Positions 39,629 through 53,280 of a stretch of DNA of 64,000 bases are shown one piece after another (positions within the stretch are counted from its first letter, which is position 1; each line of letters opens with the position of its first letter). The notes under the pieces were generated by a model that worked only from the letters and a program-made list of their open reading frames with translations, did no database searches and was not told the DNA's origin. The position numbers and the translations under genes are program-made. Location of the stretch: positions 56,174,001-56,238,000 of the forward strand of contig NW_024704742.1 of assembly GCF_018977255.1 (NCBI RefSeq). Reading direction: 5' to 3'. This DNA comes from Callorhinchus milii. Taxonomy: Eukaryota.

Positions 39629-40654
39629 GTATATCAGTACAGTCTTTTAATCTCTAGCATCTGTGTTTCAATACAATCCGGAGTGGTGCTATAAAAGGTA
39701 TGTGATGACTCTAAAAGTCCTAAGTAAAAATAGATGTGGTGGTCCCAGATCAGTTTCTGCTCAGCTAATATCACATCACAATCACTCCTAGCATGGAATT
39801 GATGTGAATTGATATTGGGAGTCTCATAGACAGGTCATAAACATGGATGATGGATAAATGAAAAAAAGGCAGCATGAAATGCTCTTTCAAAACTGAAGTT
39901 CAGATATATTTTGGGTATAGGGAAGACGTAAGAAAGCTTTATTTTGCACTCACCCAATGCTTTCTCTGACATTGGAAGTACTTGCTGCTGGTGGGAAAAA
40001 AGGGGAAAAGATTGATCATTTATTGTGATAATCCTCACCAGTGATATTATCAAATCATCCAAAAATACAGTTAAATGAATCTCATATATATATTAGCTGG
40101 TTGTGATAATGAAGCCCCCCTGATCTTTGCCATAAAGTTAGTCCCACAGTTTGCTTAAAATCCTGACTGCTGGTTGTGACTTATTTTCAGCAGTGATAGG
40201 AAGGCTTCCACTGGTGACAACTGTGGAGGGCAGCTTTTCAGTTATTTTACTGATCCTCACAACAAACAAAATCCAGGATCAGCTTTAATGCAATAGGAAA
40301 ATCCTGCTCATGTTTGCTGTAGATCTGCACTTCAGTCCCATGTCTGTTGCAGTGTAAATAAGTGGGCCCAATGGCTAATGTATGAATATGTGACACATCT
40401 GTTCACACTTTTGGGGATCAGCCGGGTGTCTGACACATGCAGAAACATCCTTAAGAGTCTCCAAACGAAACCAATCTGTTCACATGCATATAATTAATTA
40501 CTATTGAATAATAATTGTCATGTGATGTCCTCTGATATGCTAAGACAGAGGATTCTGAACTTAGGTCTTTGTGGACTTGGATTGAAAACACATTGTCGAA
40601 CAATTGCATAGTTATGCCAGTTATAATTTGTGGTATTTTGCTAACAAGATTAGA

Positions 40655-40895
40655 ACTGATGTCAGTAAGCATTTCTTCACACAGACGGTTGTGAAGATAT
40701 GGAACAGTCAACCCAGAAATTTGTAGAGGCAGAATCAATAGGAATGTTTAAAAAGAGATAGATGCTTGGGTAAAAGGTGCGTTAAGGAGTAATGGTGAAA
40801 GGGCAGGACTTTGGAATTAAAAGATCTGTTAAGATCTAATAAACTGTGAAACAGGTTCAATAGGTTGAATGGCCTTCTCTTGTTTTCCTATGATT
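40655..40895 (+). mobile_element. CR1 3' end
   Basis: KHFFTQTVVKIWNS remnant; GGTTGAATGGCCTTCTCTTG 3' UTR. Confidence 0.7.
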
Positions 40896-41315
40896 ACCTA
40901 ATAAGAAATCCCATTGGAATTCCCAATATCGACTCCTGAATAGATGGTTTGGGAGCAAAGTTCCAAGAGAAAGTGTGACGTACCACCAATTCCCAGAAGA
41001 AGTTTGTACAACTCAAATTCCTTTTCAGGGAGCTCAGTATGAAATATCTCCAATTAAACAACTTATTGAATTTAAATTGCCATGTTGTGTTCTGGTGTTT
41101 CCTAACCTATTGCCGACAGTAAGTTAAGGCATTTAATTGAAGTCAATTGAAGTTAATTACTTTAACAGCTCCTTGTTATCCTAGTTATAAAGTTGGAAAA
41201 TGTCAACTAAAATCAAGTCCACAGGCAAACCTGAGTGATTGACTCAGAATCACAAAAATTCGTGACACAATAACAAATAATAATAATCTTTGCATTGGAT
41301 ATAGAGCCTTATGAA

Positions 41316-42865
41316 ACCACCCACCTGCTCCCTTGACCCCATCCCTACCCTTTCCTTACCTCCCAGCTCCACGTCCTTGCCCCTTTACTCACAGACATCA
41401 TAAACCTCTCCCTGTCCACTAGCACTCTTTTCACTCCTTTAAAAATGGCCACTATCACTCCTATCCTTAAAAAGCCCTCCCTAGACCCATCCCTGCAGTC
41501 AAATTAATGCCCTATCTCCAACCTCCCTTTCCTTTTTAAGGTCCTGGAATGAATCATTGCTTCCCAGCTTTGCTCCTTCCTGTCCCGCCACTCCCTTCAT
41601 GAACCCATCCATCAAGTTTCTGTGCCACCCACAGTACAGAAACAGCTTCGGTCAAAGTGACAAATGACATTTTTCTCCATCTGTGACCAGGGCTCCCTCT
41701 GCCTCCTCTTCCTCCTTAACTTCTTTGCTGCCTTCGATACCGTTGTCCACTCTATCCTCCTACAGTGCGTCTCCTCTCACCTCAACACTCATCGTTCTGT
41801 CCTTGAATGGTTCAAATTGTACCTCTCACACAGTTTCCACTTCATTTTCACAAATGGTTTCTCCTCTAGCCCCTGCACTGTCTCATGTTGCATTTCCCAG
41901 GGCTCTGTCCTTGGTCCCCTCTTCTTCAATATCTATATGCTCCCTCTTGGTGACATTATCCGCAGACATGGGGTCACCATCCACATGTACACGGATGACA
42001 CCCAACTCGACCCAACTCTACCCAACTCTACACTCTCTCCCTCCACCCTTGACTCCAGGACCACTGCTGTCTTGACAGAATGTCGTCAGACATCAAGTCC
42101 TGGATGAGAGCTAACTTTCTACAGTTGAATGTCAACAAGACCGAGGCTCCTGTGCACACCTCGGGCACTGACAAAATCACCATCCATGGTTGCACACTCC
42201 ACCTTACTGAGCCAGTCTGTAACCTTAGCATCTTGTTTGACTCTCAATTATCCTTTCTACCTCACATCCATGCCCTAACCCGCTCTGCCTTCCCCCAACT
42301 CCGCAACATTGCCCGGCTCTGCCACTGTCTCATACATCAGGCAGTCGAGACACTCACATCCAGGCTTGACTAGCACACTCCATGCTTGTAGGCCTCCCCA
42401 ACCCGTCTCTCTATAGGCTGTAGATCATCCAGAACTCTGCAGCCCATGTCCTCTCCCGCACTAGGCTCTGTGACTCTATCACCTCCATCCTCGCCCGACT
42501 CCACCGGCTTCCCATCACACAGAGAATACAGTTCAAGATTCTTGTCTTCACCTTCAAAGCTCTCCATTGCCTTGCTCCCTCCTACCTCTGCGACCTCCTA
42601 ACACCTTACCATCCTGCTCGCTCACTCCAGTTAGCACGCTCCGGCCTGCTCCAAGTCCCTCACCTCTCCCGCCCCACTATTGGCAGGCGGGCCTTCAGTC
42701 ATTCAGCCCCCGACCTCTGGAACTCCATCCTACAGTCCCTCCACTTCACCCCCTGCCTTGCCTTCTTCAAGACCTGCCTCAAGACCCTCCTCTTTGATCA
42801 TCCTCCTTCCCCCCTGCCCTCCACCCTACCTGATCCCGACACCAAGCTCGGGTCCGATACACTAA
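41316..42865 (+). mobile_element. L2 LINE with disrupted RT domain
   Basis: PTCSLDPIP, SNLPFL, AAFDTVVHSILL, QGSVLGPLFFNIYMLPLG, MYTDDTQL and NFLQLNVNKTE. Confidence 0.93.
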
Positions 42866-43572
42866 TTGTCCAGCACCTTCCATCACCTCCGAAACATCGC
42901 CAGACTATGGCACTACCTCACCCCTCACGCTGCTAAAACTCTGGTCCACGTCTTTATCACCTCAAGGCTGGACTATGGGAACTCTCTCCTCGTCGGCCTT
43001 CCCGGCACCTCCCTCCACAAGCTGCAGGTCATTCAGAACTCTGCAGCTCGTGTAGTGTCCCGCACCAGGCTTCGCGACCACATCACTCCCACCCTCGCTC
43101 GCCTCCACTGGCTCCCCACCCCCCAGAGGATCGAATTCAAGATCCTCATCCTCACCTACAAGGCCATTCATGGCCTTGCTCCCTCCTACCTCTCCGACCT
43201 ACTATTCCCCTACTTACCTGCCCGTACCCTCTGTTCCTCTGGCTCCGGTCTGCCCCACATCCCCCGCTCCAACCGCCCTACCATCGGTGGCCAGGCCTTC
43301 AGCCTCTCAGCCCCTAGGCTCTGGAACTCTATCCCCCAGTGCCTTTGCTTTGCTTTCTCCCTTTCCTCCTTCAAGACCGATCTCAAGACCTTTCTCTTTG
43401 ACCGTGCCTTCAGCTCCCCTCTCGACTCTCTACCCCCTCCTCGCTCCCACCCTTCCCTCCCATCACCCTGACCATTTCCCCCCTGCTCGGGTCCTGACCC
43501 AACTGTTCAGCGCCTTGGGACGTCCTCCTAACGTGAAAGGCCCTCTATAAATGGAATCTTGTTGTTGTTGTT
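42866..43572 (+). mobile_element. Young L2 3' fragment inserted at the tail of the preceding L2
   Basis: Open 201-aa frame FHHLRNIARL...SRLDYGNSLL...RLHWLP...LWNSIP; tail ends (TGT)n. Confidence 0.93.
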
Positions 43573-44204
43573 AATATTCACTATAGGCAGAGCACTTGAA
43601 ATCAATGTAATTTGTTCAAATTATTTTCTGTCATGGCTCACAGAGAACCTCCTTCTCTGATAGTTCTCAATATAACATCGGAAGCCTGTCTCTTGCATGA
43701 TTCCTTCTCCACATTGCCTTCTTTCCACATGCCAGCATTTTGCCCACAAAATACATAGTTATTTCACTTGATATATTCTGTGAAGTGCTTTGAGATGTCT
43801 CATCAACGTGATAAGGCCCTACATCAAATGCAAGTATTATTATTTTTTATTACTATCTTCCATTGCTTCTCTCCTCATTTAGAGAATTACATCAGCCACA
43901 TGTCATGCAAGAACGAAGATATGAACACTCAAGGTTTTGTGTGCTTTCATTGTTAAAACCTCATCTGATTATGATTCAGTGTTGGTGCCATGACATTTTA
44001 CTATAGAGAATATGCTTCTTGATTTATGTAATTGGATCCAAATCAATAATTATGTTAATTGTGTTTTTTTAATCTAGCAGGATTAAATATTTACTGCTGT
44101 ATTAAATCTGGATTTGAAACTTGTGAACTGTCATTAACACTAAATAAAGAGCTTTGCAGTTCAGGTCTAACCAACTGTTATGGGTTATTTTATTCTCAAT
44201 AAAG

Positions 44205-44452
44205 ATCTCATGCACCAAGACAGTAGAACAAGAGGACATAGGTTTAAATCTGCAAAGGGCAATTTTAGGACAAATGTCAAGAAGCTTTTCTATATTAAGA
44301 GGATAATTACTGACTGGATCAGGTTGCTAAGGAAGGGTGTTTGAGGCAATAACAGTCTGATCCTGTGATAGAAGGATGGGAGGGTGGGCATTCTGAAGGG
44401 ATAAGATGAGATGGACTGAAAAGTCTTCTTCGTTCAATACAATCTTGTGATC
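44205..44452 (+). mobile_element. Old CR1 3' fragment
   Basis: DSRTRGHRFK remnant; 3' end ACAATCTTGTG matches the 34720 copy. Confidence 0.65.
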
Positions 44453-45519
44453 CCAAATATTTGTTCTATGATTTAAGACCATTGACTGATAATTCAAGAT
44501 TGTGAGCTATTTTCGAAGTTTTAATGTCGATCTTTCTCTGGAAGATGATTTTCCAGGCTTTTTTTTCAATTTCGCTCAATCTTAAATTGTAAGAAGATGT
44601 TCTTAAACCTAAAGTCTGAAAACTATCAAGTCTTCCAAAGTTCAAAATTCAATGTAATTTTTGCCTAGAATACCATTTTGTTTTAAAACTTAAGAAAATT
44701 CCTAATTCAATACTAATTTCGAAGATGTTTTGCAATTGTTCTTGAAAAGGTTCATTTCCCAAATTTAGGTTAAATTTCAGAATTTTTTATTATGCTGTTT
44801 GTAGAAAAATGACACATTATATATTAATGCAAAATTGTCTTAACAGCTGTGGTTAGGTGGAATTTCAAACCACTCAAACATAAAATAATGCTATTATCTT
44901 AGTGCTGCTTGAAGCTCATACTTGTTTTGGGTTCTTTTTCATGTGAACATCTGTACTTACTGCTAGAGTCCCTCCAGTTGGTCTTCTGTCCTGGCCGCAG
45001 CACTAGGTTAGCCCTGGGCAAAGTTATGCACTCTCAGCTTGTGACCTTGTTCTATGAGACCACTCTGTTGTCGAATATTACAAGTCCAGCATGAGCCTTA
45101 ACTTTCTTCAGCTTAACAATTGTGTAGTTGAAGTGTCACCCACATTTCTAACTGTCCAAGGCAGAACCTCAATTTAAAGCCTTTGTTTGTACATTGGTCT
45201 TTTTTTTTATTGGCCTTATTTCTGGACAGTGAAGCCAAATAATGTAGAAGGAACTGTTGTTGTAGTACTATTTTTGATAAAACTGCCTGGTTTGCCTGAA
45301 GCTAGAATACTTCCAGCTGATAAACAAAAGAGCAGCATTGATATAGAGTTGTGTATAGTCCATGGGTTTTTAGCTAGGTTCCTGTGTCAGCAACTGAAGG
45401 TCAAATGAAGGCTATTGCCGGGGTAATAAAGGCAAATTCTGGACACAAAATGTAAAGCAAAAGCAATGTATTCTATTGTTCTGTGTATTCATCATTCTTA
45501 AACTAATGTATTGGGAACT

Positions 45520-45790
45520 TAAACCAAAATCAAGTCTGCTGTTCAGGTGGATGATAAAGATTCCATGACACTATTCAAAAAGACTGTCTTCAAAAATGAC
45601 TATGTATTGTGTGGCTCCGCCAAATAAAATTGATCATTTGCTACATGGCTGTTTGTGGGACATTGCTGTTATAAATTGTTTGCTGCATTCACCTTCAAAA
45701 TACACAATTACTGCACTTTAAACTTGAGAAAGGCTTTGAGATATTTTGACAGCGTGATAAGACCCTGTATCAAATGCAAAGATTATTTTA
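45520..45790 (+). mobile_element. Old Deu-domain SINE, 3' part
   Basis: GTTCAGGTGGATG-AAAGATTCCATGACACTATT...GCTGTTTGTGGGACATTGCTG...CAAATGCAAAGATTATT. Confidence 0.68.
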
Positions 45791-46019
45791 TCGGGTTGAT
45801 CGATGAGACTACTGAAGCTGATGAAATATCTGACAGTGAGCAAATGGGGTGCTACATAAAGTGCAATGTAATTGAGAGAATTAATGAATGAATGAACATG
45901 CCAGTATAAAAACAGGTACCAGCCCAAGGCATGACACACGTGTTAGAAAATCTGCTCCTGACAGAAAATAATTACTGAAACAGATTATTGCTTTTCCCTG
46001 AACCGCAATGCTAAATGAA

Positions 46020-46122
46020 TAGTGGGATTGATTTGGATAGCTTTTCAAAGAGCTGGCACAGACACGATGGTCCAAATGGCCTCCTACTGTGCTGTATAAT
46101 TCTACGATTCTATGATTCTATG
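46020..46122 (+). mobile_element. CR1 3' end
   Basis: CAAATGGCCTCCTACTGTGCTGTATAA followed by (TTCTATGA)n. Confidence 0.8.
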
Positions 46123-48199
46123 AAGGCCATCTTGGCCATGAAGCAACTAATAATAATAAAAATTATCCTTACATTTTGATACAGCACCTGTCAGTTTGGG
46201 AAGACATCTCAAAATACTTTACAGGATATATTGAACCTGACTGCATCAATACATATGTCTATATGTCAGGTACAACCATAATGCAACCAAGTGTATTATG
46301 TAAAAATGTACAATATAAATAATAATAATCCTTGATATATAACATTGTTGAAATATCTCAAGACGCTTTGCAGGATGTTACTGTGAAGTAACATAGTATA
46401 CTGAAGTATACTGACTATGTATTTGTATACAAATAAAGAATTAAAGGTTCCCAAAGTTGGTAGTAAATGTGATAACAAAAATAGCTGGTAGAATATCAAT
46501 ATTCTATTACTGGATGTCATTGACAATTAAGCTGGCTGTTGTGTTTTCAGCAGTGCCTCGGAGTACTGCCTGGCTCAGGAATCACATTTTTGAGACTGCC
46601 TCATCGAATTGACTGAATTCCAACATTCCATTGTCAAGCATGTCACCTTGGAGTTAGCTGAACTCCAAGAAGACCTTGCTTACCTTCTCCCCCAAGGAGG
46701 ATAGTAAAGGTGCTGTAAAGTGCATGATCATTCTGTATATCTTACTGTCTTGCCTCCTTCCTTTTCTTCTACTTATTTGCTTTAATGTTTTGTTACGCTT
46801 ATTTCCTTTATCAATTTTTTTCTCTCTGTTTTACTCTCCGCACAAAATCCAAGTACTTGTGACATCATGACAGCTGATCCCTTTCAACAATATTCCTACT
46901 AATTTGTTACAGATTTTAAAATGTATTCTTCCTATTAACTATGTTCAAATTTTCTGAGATGCAGTAAAACATTAACTTTTGCAATATTACTTTATGTTCA
47001 CTTATACATCCACTAAGGTTAATAATACTTGAATTTGAAATAGCACTTTATCACATCACCAAGACATCTTAAAATGCTTCACAGGATTTAATGTAATTGT
47101 TAGTGACTGTATTTTGCAGGCAAATTTTTGCAGTATTGGTTATACTGTTCACCTGGACAGGCAGATGGGACCTTGGTTTAACATTTCATCTGACAGATAA
47201 CATTCTCCCCCAATGCTGTGCTGGAGTAATAATTCCTGTAAAGCACTTTGAGACATCCTCTTAAGGTAAAAAATTGTTATTTTTTATTGTATTTTTATTT
47301 TGTTGACATTTATCAACAAAAACATCTGGCATTTACATCACATGGGTAGTGTCTCAGAGCACTTAACAGTGGTGTGTTTGAAGGGGAGGCTACCAAAGCT
47401 ATGGTCAACGAAGAATGTCTTCAGGTGTAATTTGAAGACGGGCATGATGGAGTGATTGAGGCAGGGAGTGCCAGAGATTTGGGGACATTCGGGCATGAAG
47501 CAACTTCCTTACCAAATGCTCTGGTGATTTCAAACAAGAATACAGTGGCACATAGTTAGGAGCATCAGTAATAAGCTCTCTTAGAAACAGAACTGTGTAA
47601 GTTAATAAGGAGGGAAGAGAGCAAAGTATAAATGAGATTTTGATAAGCACATTTCTGCTTGTGATAGTAATTAGTGTCAGAACAATTTCAAACATTCACA
47701 GGCACAATTAAGTAAAATGATTTCTTTCTGCAACTGACACATAGAAGAATTAGAAGTGTGCAGATCTTTGTTATCAGAAGTTTTGAGGGTTGGTCCTGCT
47801 GCTAACAGTTACAAAGACAATCTCTGGAGTATTTAGGCTAGAACTCTGCCTGCAATGAGTAAGCATAATGAGATGATATTCACTGCCAACAGTTAAATTA
47901 TTTTTACGGTTTGCAGCAGCTAATTTATTAAATTAACACTAATACACATTTACATAATAGCATAACAATGATGATTCTCTACTGGATAGTGAATGTAAGA
48001 TGAACAAGCTCCATTTGCCTTTCTCCTGGTTAGTCACAACAACAATTTACACTTGTATAGCAACTTTCACATTGGAAAGACATTTTAAAGTGCTTCACAC
48101 AACTGACTGGAAGATAAAGTTGCAACGATAGCTGAAAGCACAGTTAAAGAGTTTGCTCCCGGCATGTTGTGTGCTGTGGTGTGCTGCTGAATTGGTAAT

Positions 48200-48429
48200 T
48201 CAGTAAGTAGGAACTGGTTGTTAGCTTTCCGGGGGGTAATAATCCCTCCCCAAAAATCCAGTCACTCAATTCACAACTGTTTGTGGAACACTACTGTGCG
48301 CAATTGGCTGCCATATTTCGCCCACAAAATAAACAGTCAACCCACTTTACAATATATTCTGTGAAGCGCTTTGAGACGTCTCAAAGGCATGATTAGGTGC
48401 TATATCAAATGCTAGGATTATTATTATTA
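48200..48429 (+). mobile_element. 5'-truncated long-variant tRNA-derived SINE
   Basis: CAGTAA...AACTGGTTGTTAG...CCGGG shared with 18805-18863, then the standard body and tail. Confidence 0.8.
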
Positions 48430-49475
48430 AGAGAAAGGTTCCTGATACCAGAAATCATACTAGTAAATCAAGGCTGCACACACCTCTAAGGCTTCATAAA
48501 TTTTGGTGCCCAAAACTGCACACGATACTCCAAATGGGATCTGACCAGCATTTTATACAACTATAACATTACTTCTTGACTCCTGTATTCCAGCCCTGTG
48601 TGCTAAACAACAATAACAACAAATACTTGCATTTATATAGCGTCCTTCACGCGGGGTAGCATCCCAGAGCGCTTGACAGTGGCGGAGTCTGACAATGTGC
48701 CAGAGGGAGTGGTAGGTGACCATAAGCATGATCAACAAGGAAAGTCTTTAGGTGGATTTGAAGGTGGGGATAGAAGAGGCAAAGCGAAGGGATTGAGGAA
48801 GGAAGTTCCCGAGTTTCGGGGCATCGTGACTGAAGGCATGGCCTCCGATGGTGGAGTGGAGGGGATGAGGGATAAACAGGCGGCTGGAGCCAGCTGAGAA
48901 GAGGCAGTGGGTGGTGGAGTGGAGGTCAGCAGGTCAGATAGGTATGGAAGTGTGAGGGCAAGAAGGGATTTGAAAATTAGTGAGAGAATCTTGAAATCGA
49001 TCCGTTTGATCATTGGGAGCCAGTGGAGCCTGGCAAGGACTGGTGTAATGGGGGTACGGAATTTTGTGCGGGTGAGTGTCCGGGCTGCGGAGTTTGGAAT
49101 TCATTGTATTTTGCTTAAGGTGGAACTGGGGAGACCAGCAAGCAGGGCATTGGAATAGTTCAGCCGAGTAATGACAAAGGTATGGACCAGGGTTTCAGCT
49201 GCGTTGGGTAATATTGAGGTGTTTCATTTGAATATTGCATTAGTATTTTTGACACTCTCTGCAACTGTGCACTACTTTTTAACGATTTATTTGCCTGAAC
49301 ACATAAATCCCTTTGCTCATTAACTCTGAATGTTTCTCCATCACGAATAGAGTCCATCTCAACTTTCGTAGGTCCCAAATGAACCATCTCGAAATTTGCA
49401 CATGGAATTCCATTCTGTTAATCTGTCAAAATCCCTCTACAATTTTCTGCTGCCTTCCTCACAATTTACTATTAT
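48430..49475 (-). mobile_element. Old CR1 RT fragment interrupted by an L2 3' fragment (about 48606-49215, minus strand)
   Basis: HLEYRVQFWAP remnant at left and MEFH/EQRDL remnant at right; inner L2 has RIDFKILSLIFKSL and a (CAA)n tail. Confidence 0.75.
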
Positions 49476-49874
49476 CGTGGTGAAGTCTTGCCATCACATT
49501 ATGCTTTGCATCATTTGTTTAATACATTTCAGCAGTCATGATCCATTGAAAAAAATATTTAAAAATCCACGTATCAGCTGTTAGTCTTAAGTAATAATAA
49601 TCATTACATACTCAATAAATAAATATTTCTTTGCATTTGATATAGTATATTTATATCAGGGATATCTCAAAGATATTTAACAGGATTTACTATATTTTTG
49701 GGGGGTCAAAATCCTCCTGGTGTCTGTCACATGCAGAAATCCATCACCATGCTTAAAAATAACCAAACCAAACTGTGAGTTCCTTGCATCCCACCTACAT
49801 ATGAAAATTCCAGAGATACTTATTGGAATGGAATGTGCACTCTTTCCCTGGAGCGACACAACCTGCTTACCTTA

Positions 49875-50272
49875 CATTGTGTTCAAATCCATTCACTTTG
49901 TGTTCAAATCCCTTCACTCCCTGGCACCTCCCTACCTCTCTGACCTCCTCACTACCCAATCCATCACCCGGTGTCTCCGCTCAACTGGCACCGGCCTTCT
50001 GTTCGTCCCTCGCACTATCCGCCCCATTGGAGGTCGCGCTTTCAGCCACTAAACCCCAAAACTCTGGAACACTCTCCCTCAATCCCTCCACCTTGCCCTC
50101 TCTCTCCCCTCTTTCAAGTCCCTCCTGAAGACGTTCCTGTTTGACTGTGCTTGCGGCCACCTTCCCCCTCCGCCTCCACCTGGCTTGGAGTCAGACTCAG
50201 CCACTGTTAAGTGCTTTGAGACGCTACCCTGCGTGGTGGGCGCTATATAAGTGGAAGTTATTGTTGTTGTTA
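49875..50272 (+). mobile_element. L2 3' fragment
   Basis: FKSLHSLAPPYLSDLL...IGGRAFSH; tail GAGACGCTACCCTGCGTGG; 21-bp tandem duplication at the 5' junction. Confidence 0.88.
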
Positions 50273-52614
50273 CCTAATTCTGGAGAGTATTATGTGCAGG
50301 TTGACAAGAGCCAAAGCTTGGGGACCCCAGAATGTCCACTGGAGTTTAATCAGCTAAAACTATGTAACTTCCCATTGAAAGCAAGCTTTCCTCCTGCTTG
50401 TACAGCTCACAACCACTCTACCCTACCCATTAGGGCTTTGGCTTGTTGGGTTAATAGGAACTGAGAGGGAACAGTCCTGGCCCCAGTCTTCCCTTCCAAG
50501 TCCAGCCAATGAGCCAGGCTGGCTGAGAATGTAGTGACTATGTATCTTGTAGACGAATGAGGCAGCCAAATTGCACACAACAAAATTACTAGTTGAAATG
50601 GAAATTCTAGAAGTCAGCCTTCATTTAGATTGACCAAGAGGCATGACATGCTATGTGTCTTTGTGTCAGTGTACTACATTTGAGGATACAAGTAGTATCT
50701 GCAAAGTGTCAGAAAAATTAGTAAAATCATGATCTAGATGAGGTTGAGGTTTAAAGTCAGGAGACAGAACAATAAGTCTCTGCCAGTCTCATTCAAAAAA
50801 ATACCTTTCAGAACCATTTCAGTCAAGACAGATTATACCCTTGTTAATCATGGATATGGCAGCAATATATAAATTATCAGGAATACTAACTGGGAAGCTG
50901 TTCAAAATCTGTAACCCCCTTGATGTTTCTGACAACAAATATAAGGTCAAGAAACCACCGTGCAACAAATAGACAGAATACATAATAAATGACTAAAGAG
51001 ATTTACAAAAAAGCACTGTGCCGCAAAGTGGTGCGAGATGTATTTTTGCCTGCAGTTCTGCATGAACTGAATTGCCAATCTTAGCTATGCCTCCCAGAAA
51101 GGAAGCTTCACTTTAAGTGGTGAGGCTTGGTAGCGCCTGATGGCTGGTTTAGAGTAGCTGCAGATGCTTTGCAAAAAATATATAGAGTAGAGAAGAATGT
51201 TTAATTTGCAATAATTGCAACCGAGATTGCGATTTTCAAACATTGTTGATGTGTGAAAAGTGTCTGGAAAGAGAAATGTCAATTTCATAGTCAACCATTT
51301 CACATTCTGGCCTTTTTTCAGACTTGCTGGCTTTTAAAAATTCCAGCTTGGCTTTAGTTAGTAGCAACTTACACAACAACTTGCAATTAAATAGTGCCCT
51401 TTCAAATGGGTTTCATCTAAAAAATTAAAATTTTTTAAAAATGGTCCTTCACTTGATGGTTCTTTATGGACGTTGCTCTGCACAAATTGACTACTGAACA
51501 AGTTACTACAATTTACAGGAAAACTCAGTGAAATGTTTTGAGGGAAAGATGCGATATCAAATGCAAGTTTGGCTGCTATAAAAATACAAGTTATTTGTGA
51601 ATGACATGAATTCTAGGTAATTCCGCATTTTTATTTGCATTTTACTCTACAGTGATTGAATGATAAATATGTCCTGCAGTAAGGAATATGTATTAGTGCT
51701 TTCATTATTTTGTACATACTGCTAGGCATGTGTTATTTGTGCCTTCATTATATTGCCACAAGTGTCTTGTCATGTTTGAAGTTTTGTATCTCAGTGAACC
51801 ATTGGTGTAAATTATTTTGTCACGGTTTCTCATGTGAATTCAGCAGAATGTTCTGTGCTAAAATTTTATGGTTTTATGGATTACAAATGGAAGGTAGAGA
51901 TGTAGCAGGTAAATAAAAACAAAGGCAACTCCTTATTGCGAAGGTCTCAGTGCTAATGGTAACTCGCCGTTTTAAAAAAATCTAATTACTATTTAACCTT
52001 TAAACTTACCTGCAATAATAACAATGTAGTTACTGGACCACTTCTGTGCACAAATTAATTGTAAAAGTAGCTAAATAAATATTATTAATTGTTTATTAAA
52101 TAAATGTTTTTTCCCTTCAATTGTCTGTAAAAATACCTTTATATAGTATATTGTCAACCTCTTTCCATTCTTTATGTCAATGGTGATAAATATTTGCGAA
52201 TGACATGCTAAGTAATATTGCAACAAGAATATTTTTGTATGTTAAAGATGCAAATCTCTGGTGGGGACATCACATGTCAAAACAGATTTAGGATGCACTA
52301 CTTCTGAAAGCTTTTTAATTTTGTTCCATGGAATCATCACAAATAAAAGTCCCAAATCGCCTGGTTAGTACCTCTTTGCTTTCACGTGAGCTTCTGCGCA
52401 ATGGGAATTCAGTGTCAGATTGTGACTGTAAAAGGTTATGCATACTGAAAATCCCTAATACACTCATTGCATGTTAAGCCTTTTGATGTTTATACTAGCC
52501 AGATGGTTGAATATCTTATATATTGGAGAAATCCATCAGTTAGCAAAATAGACTCCAAAATAAAGGGGGTCAGTGTATAGATCTAGGTTTTCATTCCCCA
52601 GATGTCACATGAGA

Positions 52615-52990
52615 TTATTAATAATAATACTTATATTTAATATACACAATATATATAATGTTAACAAGACTCAAAATGCTTCAACTGCACATAGCAATGG
52701 CCTACACACATCTATGAAGTAAATGATTAAATTTATCTGGAGGATTGTTGACCATGACACCTGGAGAAACTCCATCCTTTTTTGAAATAGTAGTATGGAA
52801 TCTTCAATGTCCACCAAAACAGGTAGTTTAAAACCTCAACCAAAGGATGACACCTCCAACAATGTATTGCTCCCACACACTACATTGGAGTGTCATCCTA
52901 GAATATGAGTTCAAAGTCCCAACACAGGGTTCGACCCCACAACTTCTGACTAAGAGGCAAAGGTGTTTCTGGATGAGCCAAGCTGATGCT
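52615..52990 (-). mobile_element. Old Deu-domain SINE, near full length
   Basis: Minus strand CAGCTTGGCTCA...GTCAGAAGTTGTGGGGTCGAACC...CTAGGATGACACTCCAATG...GGAGGTGTCATCCTTTGG. Confidence 0.72.
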
Positions 52991-53009
52991 TCACTAAGTA
53001 ATGGGGGAA

Positions 53010-53280
53010 TGTTGCATGTTAAACCAAGGTTTTGCATTTTATTCAGGTGGACATTAAAGATGCCATGGCTCTATTCAATAAAAAGAAAGGACTTTCATCC
53101 TGGCTAACAATCCCCCAGATAAAAAATATTCACACTCTTCCTGGCAGCTTGTAGGAAGTTGATGTACACAAATTGGCTGCTGCATTCATCTGCAAAATAC
53201 AGTCAGTACATATCAAATTTAACCATTTTGAGACATCCTCCCGAAATAAAAAGCATTATATTCAAATGTAGGTTATTATA
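53010..53280 (+). mobile_element. Old Deu-domain SINE, 3' part
   Basis: TTCAGGTGGACATTAAAGATGCCATGGC...AAATTGGCTGCTGC...GAGACATCCTCCCG tail. Confidence 0.68.

Noticed and set aside
39735..39900. Faint resemblance to LF-SINE-like ancient repeats (also about 46530-46700 and 53330-53415)
   Set aside because: Similarity is too weak to support by eye; it needs a profile HMM search.
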